Positions 26,353-39,784 of a DNA stretch of 64,000 nucleotides are shown here, piece by piece. The stretch comes from Gordius albopunctatus. Taxonomy: Eukaryota. Every line of letters begins with the position of its first letter. Position 1 is the first letter of the stretch. The notes below the pieces were generated by a model. It was not told the DNA's origin and did not search any database. It saw nothing but the letters and a program-made list of their open reading frames with translations. A program made the translations under genes and the position numbers. The stretch lies in contig OZ193909.1 of NCBI GenBank assembly GCA_964276515.1, positions 5,022,001 through 5,086,000 on the forward strand, given 5' to 3'.

Positions 26353-28931
26353 CTCTGAAGTTCAACCAGAAATTCATCACGAAAATTGACTCTGCTATTC
26401 AAATTATAACGCATTTTATGGTGAACAACAAAAGGCCTCATCCGCTAGTGGCTCAGATGTGTTTAGAGATCCTTACCCATCTTACGTACATGTTAACAGG
26501 ATGGTCGAAATTTCTTTCCCCAGCTTACAACCTGTGCCTATCTGCGGACCCGATACAATTCGATATCAACTGGCTTTCCAAGAATCATGCCCCTTAATAT
26601 ACAAACATTTGATATCGATAGACCATTATATGGGTCCTTTTCTATCATCGCCCAGTTTAATATATTTAATTAAAAGGAGGATGAAAGCTATAAATTGCAG
26701 TTAAAATTATAGCAAAAGAGTTTTAATTGATGTTTTTCTGTAAAATTACAAAGCTATTAAAAACTTCGTGGTTTACAAAAAAGGATAACTTTTAAATTTT
26801 CTTCGTTTACACATTGAATTATCTTAAGAGACATTTTGCCTTATGTTATGACCTGCATTTTAAAATAAATTTATTTAAGAAATCGCTCATTTTAATTCAA
26901 AATTCTGTTTGAGGGGGACCCTAATTTACGTAAATTTGTATCTAACCATACGTTTCTGAGCAGGCTAGGGCGAGCATACGCTAAAAAGGCCTAGTAAAAT
27001 TTATAAAAATGCTTATGGATTACATATCACATCAATTGAGTGAAAAATAGAGATTGCGACGTTAACCTTTTGGCGCTTAAACCTGACCCCGATTTTTAGA
27101 ATTTGGCTACATATTTATTTTATTTTGTAATAAATTAATGATTATATGAAATAGAGATAATAATTTCGATCGATGTGAACTTTTTTACATGACAGAATCG
27201 AGGATTTTATCAGGCTCTTGCGTCATACAGTGTTTATAATACATATATATTACCTGTCAAATTTTTTTGTCGATTGATGGCTAAAATAAATGCCTTGCCC
27301 AAAGAGAGTAGCCTGTGATTGGCCTTTGAATTATTAATGAATCTATTAGACTCGTAGCACAATTAAGGTACCCCTTAAATCTATTTTTCTCGTATCTAGG
27401 TTACTAGCAATTAAAGAACCTAATGCTTGACGTTTGACTCTCTGTAAAATCCTTGATTTGCAATCTAATGTATGTTCAACTTTTTGAATTTGAAAATAGT
27501 AATTATAAAAAAACACATGATTTTCACTAGCAAAATGTAAAAAGTCCGTAGTCTATGCGTATCCAAATAGAATTAAATAAGAATTAAGTTTGCTCGGTTT
27601 TTGATTTGCAATAAACCATTTCAAATGACGTCAGGGAAGGTGGGTGAGGTGGGTACTTCAGGCACTTAGTATTTTTTTTCACGAGTTTAAGTTTTTAGCC
27701 TTCATTAATAAAATTAATATTGCCCTCTTTTTTAAGCATCATTTGTTACAAACAAAATAGATATAACGTAATTTATATAACGAATGTTCCTTAATATCTA
27801 CCTTAACTTGAACTATATATAATGGGTATATAAGGATTACAAAGTATACCAAAAATTTATTTTTTAAGACCCCTTAAATTTTCAACATTTTCGCTGCGCT
27901 AGTGGTCCAATCGTCAACTTTAATTTACTAATTCCTAGAGGTATTACAAAATCATCATTATTTGCTTTGTTTATTATACTTTTTGCCAGAAATTTTACCA
28001 ATAAAGTCATTTAATATTTCTAAAGCGTGGTAATCATGATGTGTTCAAACACAGAAATTCATTTTTCGTAGGCCGTTTCATTTTTCCTATTTGAAGTTTA
28101 TGTTATTTTTTCGAAGTTTTAATCTCTCTCAATATTTCTTTTAAATAATTATCTAAAACTCTTAAAACGTAACAAAATGAATGGTGGTGGCCTATGGCTA
28201 CATAAGGCATCAATATTCATTAGCAAGTAAAGTTATGTCAAGAATTTGAGCTCAGACAAAGATATGATCAGCGTAATAATTAAATATGACACCGAGTCCG
28301 AAATCGTTGATTCTTGACGTCAAACTTGCTAAAATTCCCCTAAATAACTGCCTAAATTAGGCTCTTTTGATTTCATAATTCTTATGTTAAACATGTAATT
28401 GTTGATAAATCTCAATTTTCAATAAATGTTGAAACAAAGAACGGAAATAATTTAATTTTCATTTTTGAGAATCAAGTCATAAATATTCAAATTTGCGTCA
28501 TATAAGGAAAGCACAAAGGTAATTTTCAATACAACACTTTTGTATAATCACAAACGCATTATCACCTATGTGTTCTCCAATAACCATATTTAGAAAAAAA
28601 CAGATTTTGGTAATATGAGAAGTATTCTCTTTCGGGTAAAGGGTTATAAATACAATACATAATATTAGTAGGCATAATAGTATACATTAATTATTAAAAA
28701 CATTTTGAAGCCCTGTTCATAATAGATTTGTAACTTTTTAGGCCATTTTTAGGAGTTTTTTAATATTTATTTTTTACCTGAATTTTTTTATCAAACCGAA
28801 AAGCATCCAGACGTGCGACAACTATATAACAGGCATTGCATCCTCTACAAAGCAATAATCATACCATATGAAATCAGTTGGAAAATTTATATGCTGCATT
28901 TGCGTGCAAATAATATCGGCCCATTTCTTAG

Positions 28932-31781
28932 ATTACGACGCTCAAGATGATCAAGTATGAATCCAAAACAATTAATTGCTATTTGATTTAAGTTAATGAT
29001 TTAAGTTTTTCTACCTTTATTTAACTTAAAATAACACGTTAACGAAACATTTTATGGTTTATCGAGTTCAATTAAAACTTATTTGCCTTTATGTTAAATA
29101 TTTTTATTTATTTAAATTTATAGCCCGAGCCCTTAATTGGCAAAAGGAACGGACTAATACCCAATCTCACTGATCTCGGTAAGAATCTCAATAACCTACC
29201 TAAATATTATTTTTTTTTCGCATTCATATATTAGATCAAATCACGCCTTTTTTAAAGTTTGACAGCAATCTCAAGTCACACGTTGAAGCCACTAAAAATG
29301 GCAAAGTCATTTTACAGTGCCGCGTGTCCGCCTCACCGCCGGCCATTATTTATTGGCAGTTTTATAAGAGCCAAACGCCCCTCGACGAAAGAAATAGGAT
29401 CACTCGTGGCCGATTAGAAACCTGGAACGATAACGGCTTCCCAAGGATAGGCAATAGCGTGGAGTCTTATGTTGGACAAGGGGACGAAAATCACGTGTTT
29501 GACGTCGAATCGGGTATTCATCGTGGCTACAGGAAGAGGAGGGAAACTTTTAAAGACAGCGAAGACTATAACGACAATAGCCCACTTCCCGAAGATGACA
29601 GGAGAGGGTATTCTCCTCGTAAGCTTGGTTTGAGCGTTACAAAATCTAGACTGGAAATTGATTGCTTAGACTACGATGATGCAGGAACCTATATCTGTGT
29701 GGCTGAAAACGCTGCTAAAATTATCAAACAAAGCAGCACCTTAAAAGTTAAAGGTAATATTCATCGCGCGCTTTAATTTACCATATTCCATATATAATCC
29801 GACAATAACTTAATGCTGGTTATGTTTTTAAACGTTTATAGACAATGGAAAACCCAAGTGTGAGCCAACCACTGGTGTTAAGAGTATGCAAAATATAATA
29901 TATTGCCCTGTATCATACATTTTGCATTTAATCAATGCCTATTGTATAATAGCCCAATAATAAATTTGTCCTTTTGTCTAAGCAAACTGGATAAACTATT
30001 ATATATTTTTACATTACAGTTCGTCCAAACTTCTATCTTTCAAATCTAAAAAATGTGCCCAAAGTTGATATCATACCAGCTAATGGCAAAAGGGAGAGGC
30101 CTAAAATAAGTATAAACAATTTTACCTGAAATATGATATCGTAGATTGTACTATCGAATAAATGCTATCAATCGCAACATTTTAAACAAAATTATATTAA
30201 AAATCATAGTTCACAGTGTTACGCTAATGTGTCTTATGTAATGTAATATATGTTAAAGAATATTTATTATTTAAAAAAGCGCCAGCCAGAATTTACATGT
30301 GGACCGAAAACCGAATCGATAATCAAGGTACAAATGTTCGCATCTTTTGTAGATCATCTGGTGTGCCAAAACCTACGATTGCTTGGCTTTCACCATTGGG
30401 CACAACATTACATAACAATAATAAATACAAGGTAAGGGATTTTACATCAGTCTGATCATGTGAATTCATATAAATTAAGTAGGGAAGAGCGGGGCTAGTC
30501 GTAGCCCGGGGTTACTCTTATCTTTGTAATTATTTTTAAAAATAATAATGATATATTATTAAAATTTAAACCATATGTGTGTATGTTTTCATAAGGTATA
30601 AGTAAAAAATTTTTGTTTAGAAAAAAATAAAATTAAAAATTTTTATGGATGAAAAACGATTTTTCGGGGCTATTAGTAGCCTTGACAAAGTTTTGTATTT
30701 TGCACATAAAAATTTTTTGGCTCTATATTTTGGAATATTTTAAGTTTTATCTTATAAAGGGATATTTTTATATAAAAACCGCCTAATGATTAAATTTTTA
30801 TTCGCAATATAACATGTTCAATTATTAATTGTTCATAAAAATAGGGGTCGGGGCTAGTCAGAGAGGGGCTAGTTATAGCCATTTTTCATTGGGCCTTACA
30901 AATGAAAAAATTTAAAAAACAAAAATCTTGTTTATAATTCAACTTAGTGTAATTAGGAATAGAAATAGACTATGATTATACTTTAAAAAACGATTAGAAG
31001 TTTTTTACATAGCAGAATATGTCTTTTAGGTGTACAAGTCAGATTGCCATCTTGACCCTTTTTTTATTTTTATTATATAAAATACAATAATATTACATTT
31101 AAATTTTCTATGTTTTATATAATGTAACAATATTTTTATTGATTTAAGTTAACATACACTATTAAGATGTTAAAACTTCAGGGTTAATCTATCCCCTGAA
31201 CAGAGCTATAACTAACCCCGGGCACTATTTAAATTTTTAGGATTTTTGATTTTTTGAACTCAATTTATAAAAAAACTATACGCTCTTTTTTCTCAATATT
31301 CTTTCCTATAATAGAAAGAGACTATAAAAATGTATTCCAATAAAAAAATTATAAAAATCTTCATTAGTTTTTTTAAAGCGGTTTAATTTTTTATGGCTAT
31401 TTAGGCCCCGTATATGGTATTACCTAAATTATAGCTTCTTAAGACAGTTTCATTGACTTTTATGTCTTAAATTCTTACAGTAATATCCTTTTGTTTGGTA
31501 TAAAGTAGACTCTTTGCATTAGAAAGAAGGTTAAATAATCAAAAAACAAACTTCAAAAATATCTATGATTTGAGACATATAATAAATTTATAAACGTATG
31601 CACTATGATTTTATTTTAGCTGCTGAAAAATGGTGATCTATATATTAAAAATATCAGCTGGGAAGATGATATGGGATTGTACATTTGCCTCGTGAAGAAC
31701 AAATACGGCTCAGATCATAAAGAAGCATTTTTATATCCATTAAATAAAAATGGAGATGATGAGGAATTGGAACTTCTTTGA
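28932..31781 (+). CDS. ImpL2: ImpL2/ZIG-like secreted two-Ig-domain insulin-binding protein (5' signal-peptide exons uncertain)
   Basis: Phase-compatible GT-AG exons 28932-28954, 29124-29178, 29235-29753, 29842-29883, 30280-30431, 31620-31781. Ig1 LQCRVSASPPAIIYW...LGLSVTKSRLEIDC..DAGTYICVA; Ig2 PARIYMW..GTNVRIFCRSSGVPKPTIAW..LLKNGDLYIKNISWEDDMGLYIC..N.YGSD..EAFLYP, matching the ImpL2 C-terminal pattern (GDL.I..I.WEDMG.Y.C...N..G.D...F.YP). Confidence 0.88.
30480..31426 (+). mobile_element. TA-flanked MITE (TAGGGGAGACCGGGGC family, pogo/Tc1-like) in the last ImpL2 intron
   Basis: Highly similar in inverted orientation to 59344-60288; repeated GGGGCTAGT motifs. Confidence 0.8.
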
Positions 31782-32048
31782 AAAATCCACTACGTCTCGA
31801 ACTCTCCTATACTTGTCAACCCTCTATTAAATGTTTGATAGTCTATAAATTTATTTATATTAAATATATATTGTGTAATAGTAATGTCAAATGGAATATG
31901 TTTATCGTGAAGTTGATATACAATGTAATGCTGTATTTGTTACCATATTTGGCATATAAATAAAATATGTATAGATTATCTAAAACCCATAAAAATTATA
32001 AAATATAACTAAGTAAGATTGTTAAACTTCTCATTCCGCCATTCCGAT

Positions 32049-33589
32049 CAGAGGTCAGATTTGTTTGGGATTTTCTGCCCGAACCTGGCCCGACTCAATT
32101 TTTTAACTTTATTGCCCGCCCGGGCCCGCCCAAACCCATCTAAATGTCCGCCCGCGCCCACTCGAATCGTTAAAGCTGTCCGAATTGTCCGGCCCGAAAT
32201 ATTAAATTTGCCCGTAAGTCCCGAATTTATGCGATCCCAAACAGAGGTCATATTTGTTTAAATCCGAACACAGCTCGGTCCAAATTTTTAACTAAATTGC
32301 CCGCATGAATCATTCTAAGTGTCCGCTCGGCCATGCACAAATCATTAGAGTTGCCCGGCCCGATTAATTAAATTTGCCCGATAGACCCGAATTGCGATCC
32401 CAAAATCTTTCAACCAATATTAAAAAATGATCACACAATTTTAATAGATTAATTAATGCATTTAGGTTAATAAAGAATTATTTAAATTAGTAATACTTAC
32501 TTTGTTATAGAATATAATAGAGAAAATTTTTATTTGAAGCAAAAAAAGAATGGTTGTGAATTAATGATTCTTATTCAAAAAAAAATCTCTTCAAAAAAAG
32601 CTGATCAGAAAAAAGCTAATAAAAAATTTAGACCATAAAATGTGTTCAAAAATAACTTCAAAAAAAAGCTGATCAGAAAAAAAAACTATAAAAAATTTAG
32701 ACCCTAAAATGTACTTGATGTCTTATGAGGTGTATGTCGTATAGCAAATTTAAAAATAAAATTTAAATATTGAATATATAAAAATGGGTTAGATATTCAA
32801 AAATAGGATTTTTAAAAATACGATCTAATAATTAGATTTATTAATAAGATATCTAAAAATATTATATATATTCAAAAATGGGATATTCAAAAAATGATTT
32901 ATTTTTTTTTTCTGATCAGCTTTTTTTGAAGAGCTTTATTTTTGAACACATTTTAGGGTCTAAATTTTTTATTAGCTTTTTTTCTGATCAGCTTTTTTTT
33001 GAAGAGCTTTATTTTTGAACAGAAACGGAATTAATTATGTATTATTAAAATAAGTAATAGACTAGATAAGGGAATATAAAGGGCGAATGAAAGGAAACAA
33101 AAAAAAGAATGATGTGGAAATTAATTATTATAGAAATCATAAATAAGTAATAGCGTAGATTAGGGATTAAATAAGGCGAATTGAACCAAATTTTATTTGT
33201 TAAAAAAATTAAATGAATTAGAACTAAACACTTATATGCATACCTTGTGTGAAAATGGCATGACGCCTTTGTTTTAAGCCTAGATGGCACACATGTGTAT
33301 TGCGAACAATGAAATAGCTTAATAAATATAAATATTTAATCCATAAACGTAGCAAAAAATGTAGTCGGGCAAAGGTTTAACTTGGGGGTGGCACCATTCG
33401 CGATATACAATCTAATATAAAAGTAACAAGATAATATATACTATGATTTTAATTTAATTATGCCCGAATTGCCCTAATCTTATCACCGTGCCCGCCCGGG
33501 CCCGCCCAAAAATTAAAATGTAAGATTTGACCGGACCGGCCTGGTTCATGGGCCGGGCCGGACAGTGGGCCGGACATTTCTGGCCTCTG
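32049..33589 (-). mobile_element. Non-autonomous hAT element, same family as 23044-26352
   Basis: CAGAGGTCAGA...TCTGGCCTCTG termini; 6/8 TSD (ATTCCGAT/ATGCCGAA); GCCCG-rich subterminal blocks; internal direct and inverted GCTGATCAG repeats at 32590-33020. Confidence 0.8.
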
Positions 33590-34589
33590 ATGCCGAAATT
33601 GAATAATACTCGATAAAAGTCACCTAACCGTATTAGGAAATATCCCACAGAGCGATCGAGAAGAGAAAGGACGATAAAATCCTTGAAAAGCTATAAATTA
33701 GGAATTGTCTTTGAAAAGAAGACTGAAATAAATGTGATATCGAAAATCCAGAATCCTCCAAAGGAAAAGGTGATAAATAAAGGAATAATAATGTCATCAA
33801 AGGAAGCTATAATCCTTCGAAGTGATGGGCTTTAAATTAAAAATCGGCTTGGAAAAATAGGTGAAAAAACAAAGATAGATTCGGAAATTAAAGCCGAGTC
33901 AGAGGATGAGGGTTATAAAAGGCCCGGATATATGGGAAATCTGAAGAGCACTTTATATAAGAAACGTGCCCATATCACTTCCCATCCAAACCCCATTTCC
34001 TGTTACACTTAAATCGCTATAAATTGTAAAAGTTACGATTGTGTAATAAATGGAGTCGCAAAAAATAAAGGGGTGATTATTAAGATTGTTCTATCATATT
34101 TCTAAGTATTGGGTCGAAAGAAAATGTCTTAGGAACTCGATCTACCTAAATTTCGGCCCATAATTTAAATCGCGACAACAAATATGCCTCTAATCCCCGA
34201 TTCCCTAAAATAAAGTATTATTCCCTGCTTTTGGACACAACCCTCCTATCACAAACCCCATCCTGCCAATCCAAAAGGTAAAAACCATAAAATACTATAG
34301 CTGGTTTGTTTGAAAGCAGATTCGCATGTGCGATTAATCAGATTTTATAATCTTTATGATACACACCTTTAAAAAATAGTTCTTTTGATAAATAAATCTA
34401 TTGTCTTTTAAGCATGCCAAATTTAAAAACTTTTTATAACTACACAAATAATTTAATGGGTGTGTTTGATGAAAAAGCTTAAAATGTAAATGAAATTAAT
34501 TTATGATGAACTAATAGATTAAAGGATAAAATCGAGCAATTATAATTTTTTTTTAAATTCTAAAAACATTGAAAGACATATTTTTGGAT

Positions 34590-36130
34590 TAATTTGGAAA
34601 GGGAATACAAGGAATAGGACAAGAAGAAAAGCTAATTATTGGGGTGCTTCAAAACGCTAACGTAGGGAAAGATCGCATCAGGTATGAACGCAATCATGGA
34701 AGCTATGGGCATGGCCTAAGAACAAAGAAGGGGAAAATATTCTCCAAGTATCCATCGTTAACACCTATTTTCAAAAACGCCAAGATCATATTGTAATGTA
34801 TAGAGGTGGGAAGCATTTTAGTTAAATTGGCTATCTGCTCATATAGCGAAAGGACTTATGGAGTATCGAAATTGCAAAGAATACCGAGAGAAGAAATCGC
34901 CAGGCAATATCGTCCACTTGTGATGGATCTTGAAAGAAATTTCCCGAAATAAGAAGGGTTTATGAACCTAAAATTCGATGAGAAACTCTAAAGGATACGT
35001 CAACGAACGATAAATTTCATCAAAAAGCCTCCTCACTCCGAGGTGCTAGGAGTTGCAAAGAAATCTAAATGACGATTGGGAGACGCTAATTAAGGACATA
35101 AAGAAAACAGCGATACGAGTTATAGGACAGACCAAAGGAAGTAAAGTTATGAATAGGGAACTATGGTAGTGGCCAGTGGGAAAGGAAGCAAAGTTATGAA
35201 TAGGGAACTATGGTAGTTCGGATTATCAAGAGTGGGGAAGCAAAAAAAGCCATGAAAAAAGCCGTTGCAATAGCGATGAATGGCGCGTACATCGAGATGG
35301 TAAACAAGCTGGACCATAAAGGGGGCGGCAGGCTTATGTACAAATTGGCCAAGGTAAGAAAGAAGAAAAGTCGTGATGTCGGAGTCCTTATAATTGTCAA
35401 GAGAAGGATCAAACCTTATTCAAACCGAAGGAAGAGATGGAAAGGTATAAATGATATTTCAAAAACTTATAAATTTCGCAAATAACAGAGATTCTTTTAT
35501 AGGTATTGAACAAAACTTAAGTATGGTCTAATTCTATCAGGAGGATAAAGTTAAGACAGAAATAAAGAATATGCAAAAAGAAAAAGCTAATGGCCCAGAT
35601 GAAAATTCTATGGAAGCATGGGTTGGATATTGAGGAGAAGGAGTCACGATTATAGCGAAACTCTTTAACAGTATATTAATAGAAGAGCAGATTCCTAATC
35701 AATGGAAAGAAAGCACGATTATAGCTTTATTAAAAGGCAAAGGAGACCCTCAAGTGTTGAAATTCCAAGGTATCATTCTAATATGCTACTTTATGATGTT
35801 TGTAGAAAGGTTCTTAATAACAAGGCTAAAAAGCTGGGGGGAGGTATCTGCTAACCAATTCTGATGTGTGGTCGGCAAATCCACAATCGACCCAATCCTC
35901 GCGCTAAGACAAATGATGGATAAATATGAGAAAAAGAGAAGAGGCCTAGATATGGTCTTTATCTACTAGGACAACGACCTCGTGTCACTTAGAAAGGGCA
36001 AGTCGACAAAGTTATGAAATCTAAGAAAATTAATCAAGACATGGAACTTACCAGATCAAGATTGGAGAAATTCATCAAAAAAACCAAACCCCACGACTAT
36101 GGGATCAAATACTTGATAAAGAAGAGAAGA
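34590..36130 (+). mobile_element. Degenerate RTE LINE (endonuclease end, RT N-terminal part, internal deletion, 3' tail)
   Basis: LIIG..NANVG..HGSYGHG and NTYFQKR endonuclease remnants; homology to 15440-16140; jumps to the 3' end with TGATAAAGAAGAGAAG. Confidence 0.8.
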
Positions 36131-37556
36131 TGATTATACTTTATAATTAAGTATATGCTTTTTATTCATTTATTACCAAATCTTTTGGGCAACTTTTTCG
36201 GTCAAAATTTTCTTTGTTTTATTTAAATCTTTTAAAGTTATTATTAATATTAGTTATATTGTTATAAAATTTTGCATACATTCAGCGATACAATGCTGGG
36301 AATATTATTTAAAAAGCTAGATAAAATAATTCCAATTACATTAAGACTTGAATTATTAATGAACAACCTACATTAAACACTGAATAACTCTTGAAGGTTT
36401 TATATTGATGATAAGACTTTCAATTCGAGCTAAAGATTAATTATTCCATTTGCTCTTACTACAATTTATTAAATTATATTAAAGCATGTGCTAGCTTCTC
36501 TATAAATTTATTATTTATAGCTTTTATATAATTTTTTCACTCTTAAACCTTTATATTAATTAAAGTAAAGTCTTACCTCTCTCCCGCTTGGCCGAGATTT
36601 TATAAAGTTTGCAATCTTAAAAGTATATGATTACATGTATTCTATTTAACACATTCAATTTATTGTTATTTCTGAATGTTTTCTTGAAATAATTGTGAAT
36701 ATTACATGTTAAAATATATTAAATTAAGTTATTTAGCTTTAAGGAGGAATTAAATTATTTGTAGTCGCTACTGTAACAATGACGTTTCATTAGCATGTTT
36801 ATATGAATGTGATTTAGTTAGGAGTGATTACTTACATGTTAATTCACATTACCCAACATTGAATTTTATAAAACTAATATGGTAAAATAAATTTAGATTG
36901 GTAATGTAATCCAAATACAAAAACTAAAAACATTTGAATAGTATTGAATGATTTGTCAAAAAACATGATCTTGAATATTTGTTAGACATTATGAATTAGT
37001 TTTATTTAAATATTTTTCAATATCGCTCCGACGCCTAATGTCTTAAATATTGCAAGGATTAATATTATTCTCATTTGATTATGCATAAAATCGGTACAAA
37101 ATGTATATTCAACAATATAATTTTAAATTATAGAAGGTCTAAACATCAAAATCAAAAGCTATTTTCAAGGCTCCACACACATAATGGATGGACTATTGAG
37201 TTTTGTATGTACCGTATTTGATTAAAAAATTACATACAAGATCACGCATTGGCTAAACAATATTTTTTTAATATATGTTTATCAATTTAGCGAGTCAACA
37301 ATTAATGACACATCATTTCATCCTTAACCTATTCTTACAGATTGAGCTCCTTTTAAATGTCGATAAAGATTACAAACCAAAGCCAAGATATATAAATACG
37401 CGATTTTATTTGACAAGGCAATCGCCAATATAGCATAATCACAGATAAGACAGCCTATTATGACGACATTAAATCAAACCTTTTAAGCAAAGATCGATTT
37501 AAAATTTAGAAATAATAATAAAACTTAGTTGACTGATTGTAACAAAATATACTATA

Positions 37557-37715
37557 CATGGGCGTACCCAGGGGGTGGTAGGGGGGGGGCGACTGTCCCC
37601 CTTTAAATCCAGAATTTTCTAATTATTAAATAAAATTGTGGCTTTAAAAAATTATTTTGCTCCTCCCTAAAGCATTATTGGCCCCGTCTAGTTCCCATCC
37701 TGGCTAAGACCTTGA
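37557..37715. mobile_element. Short hAT-type MITE copy
   Basis: CATGGGCGTACCCAGGGG start; body similar to 20591-20760. Confidence 0.55.
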
Positions 37716-39784
37716 TAGTATGTATTAAAATCTTTATTCCATGTCATGAGCACAGCTACTTTAAAAACATATTGAGGCGTTTTTTTTTAATTATGTGTTT
37801 CAATAAGTAAAAATGCAAACGATTTTATTTTATATTAAAATAAATTTATTATAGTTATTTTTAAAAAATAATAAAGGGTGCAATTGTTCATAACTATAAA
37901 AAACTTATTATAAAATTAGGTGGTTTTTAGTCAACATTTAGTAGCAGGCTACTCTGAGTGGGCATGACATTAAAGCGTAATTTCAACTGCAATCCTCGCC
38001 TGCAAATATAAACACAGCACTTTAATATAAAAATCTCGGCTATGTCCATAACACAAGATTCATTAGTCTGGCCAAATTATAAGGTCGTTATTTTGATGTT
38101 GGGGAAGTTTTAATTAATATAATCACAAACTCTTACCACTTATAAGGTAAATACCATCTAAACTTTTTAATGCCCTGGGGATAAGATTTTGCATTAATGT
38201 TTAACGATCTTTCCGCTCCAAAATGCGTATCCAAAAGTTGTCATACACATGTGGAGGGAATTTTTTCAATAATTATTCAAGTTTATGTCGGTAAATTATG
38301 TAATAAAAAAAGACTAAAAATTGATATTTTATTATGCCATCGTCTTCATCAGGACGATTAATTATTCTGTGCGTGTATTATGGGTCAAGCTAACCACATT
38401 TGCATCTTTATCGAAATTTAGTGTTGTTTTCTAAAAGAAGTTTCCACATTGACACCAAACATCTAAATTCTTTGAACATAATTTTTTTATCTTCTCAAAA
38501 CTTGATCCCTTAGCTTTAGAATATCATTTTTGATATGGTTAGCGACCTTTTAATATTAATATTTCCTAAATATACAATATTTTTAACATTTATCATTGCA
38601 ACGAAGTCGGAAATATATAGACTTCTCGTCCTCATTACTCTCTTTGCCCAATGGACTGTTAATAATATTATAATGAAGGATTTGATTTAAGCACACAGGG
38701 CTTTTTTTCAAGGATTAGGTGTTTTTCCAAGGTTTTATTATGGAGTGAATGTGAAATTGGCTATGAAAAATGTTTAAATTTGTCAAAATTTAAAGTTAGA
38801 ACTAAATAATTATATAGATTCGCTTGATAAACTTCACCTTGTGTTTAGGGGATGATTGAAATTGGCCGCGAAGCATTTTAAATTTAATAAGTTTTCGTTT
38901 GCAATATAGTTAGTTATAAGCTATAATTCTGTTCAAAAAAAGCTGTTGATCTTGAGATTAGTAAAAAAAAGTTGAAATTTAATTATATTCAACTTTATAA
39001 TGCAGCATATTAAAACGTTTGATAATAATCTTTTAATTCAATTTCATATCGTTATATTATAATTAAACACAGCACAATTCTCTCTGCTTCTCTCCCTTAA
39101 AGTTATTAGTTTTGGTCAAAGAACCTTATTATATATTATAATAATAAGGGGAATGTTGACTTTCAATTTAAGACACCTCAATACTATGTATTTTTATTAA
39201 TTATATCATAGCATACTAAGTGAAATATTGATAGTGGGACGAATAAATTACTCTTTCCGTTATATTGATCAGTCATTTCTGTAAATATTGGATTAATTTT
39301 TAATAACTTTTTGACTCTTTTCCATTTTTTTCAATTTTATGAGAAATGATTATTACCCGAACCGTAAGAGTTCTTATAAGCTTCCTAAATAACTGTTGTG
39401 CTGCTAACCCTCATGTACCGCTAAAAAGTCATGATCGATCTTAATTGAATTTTGACTATTATTTGACATTTATATAGTACTACGGCAACTTTTGTCCGTG
39501 TATTGTGATATTATGTTGTTAACTTTTTCCCATAAAGTGATCAAAATTCCCCTGGTACACATCACTCTCAACTCAATAAAGAGTAGTGGCGTGAGAACGT
39601 TGGCTTGTTTGAAAGCATTCGCCACGAAGTCTCCCCATTTGTCATAAATTCAATTAGCGGCGTCTACATCCGATATGAATTGCGCTGCCCTTTATCTTCG
39701 CCCTTCCAAAAATAAAACATGAATGAGCATTCGCAAAAAATAAAATAGCACCTTTTGAATTTTTAAAATAGGCTTTATAAGTAA

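Larger units (their letters stand above)
22215..26597 (+). pseudogene. Reverse transcriptase of a DIRS-like/hepadna-like retroelement, frameshifted and split by a hAT insertion
   Basis: PMYFIHKSDGSPRLIADL, KIDMKAAFFSIPL, YKVLPMGASFSP (22215-22868); frameshift to LDDILIYG...INHNKSSLEP..YLGINVNLETHTLK (22861-23043); resumes in frame as FNQKFITK...VAQMCLEIL...FLSPAY (26361-26597) after the 8-bp TSD. Confidence 0.85.

Noticed and set aside
30250..30435. ORF-track protein MLKNIYY...
   Set aside because: Wrong frame; the real exon is 30280-30431 encoding PARIYMW...
39391..39445. Cys-Cys codons checked as a possible third insulin A chain
   Set aside because: Lacks CC-x3-C-x8-C spacing.
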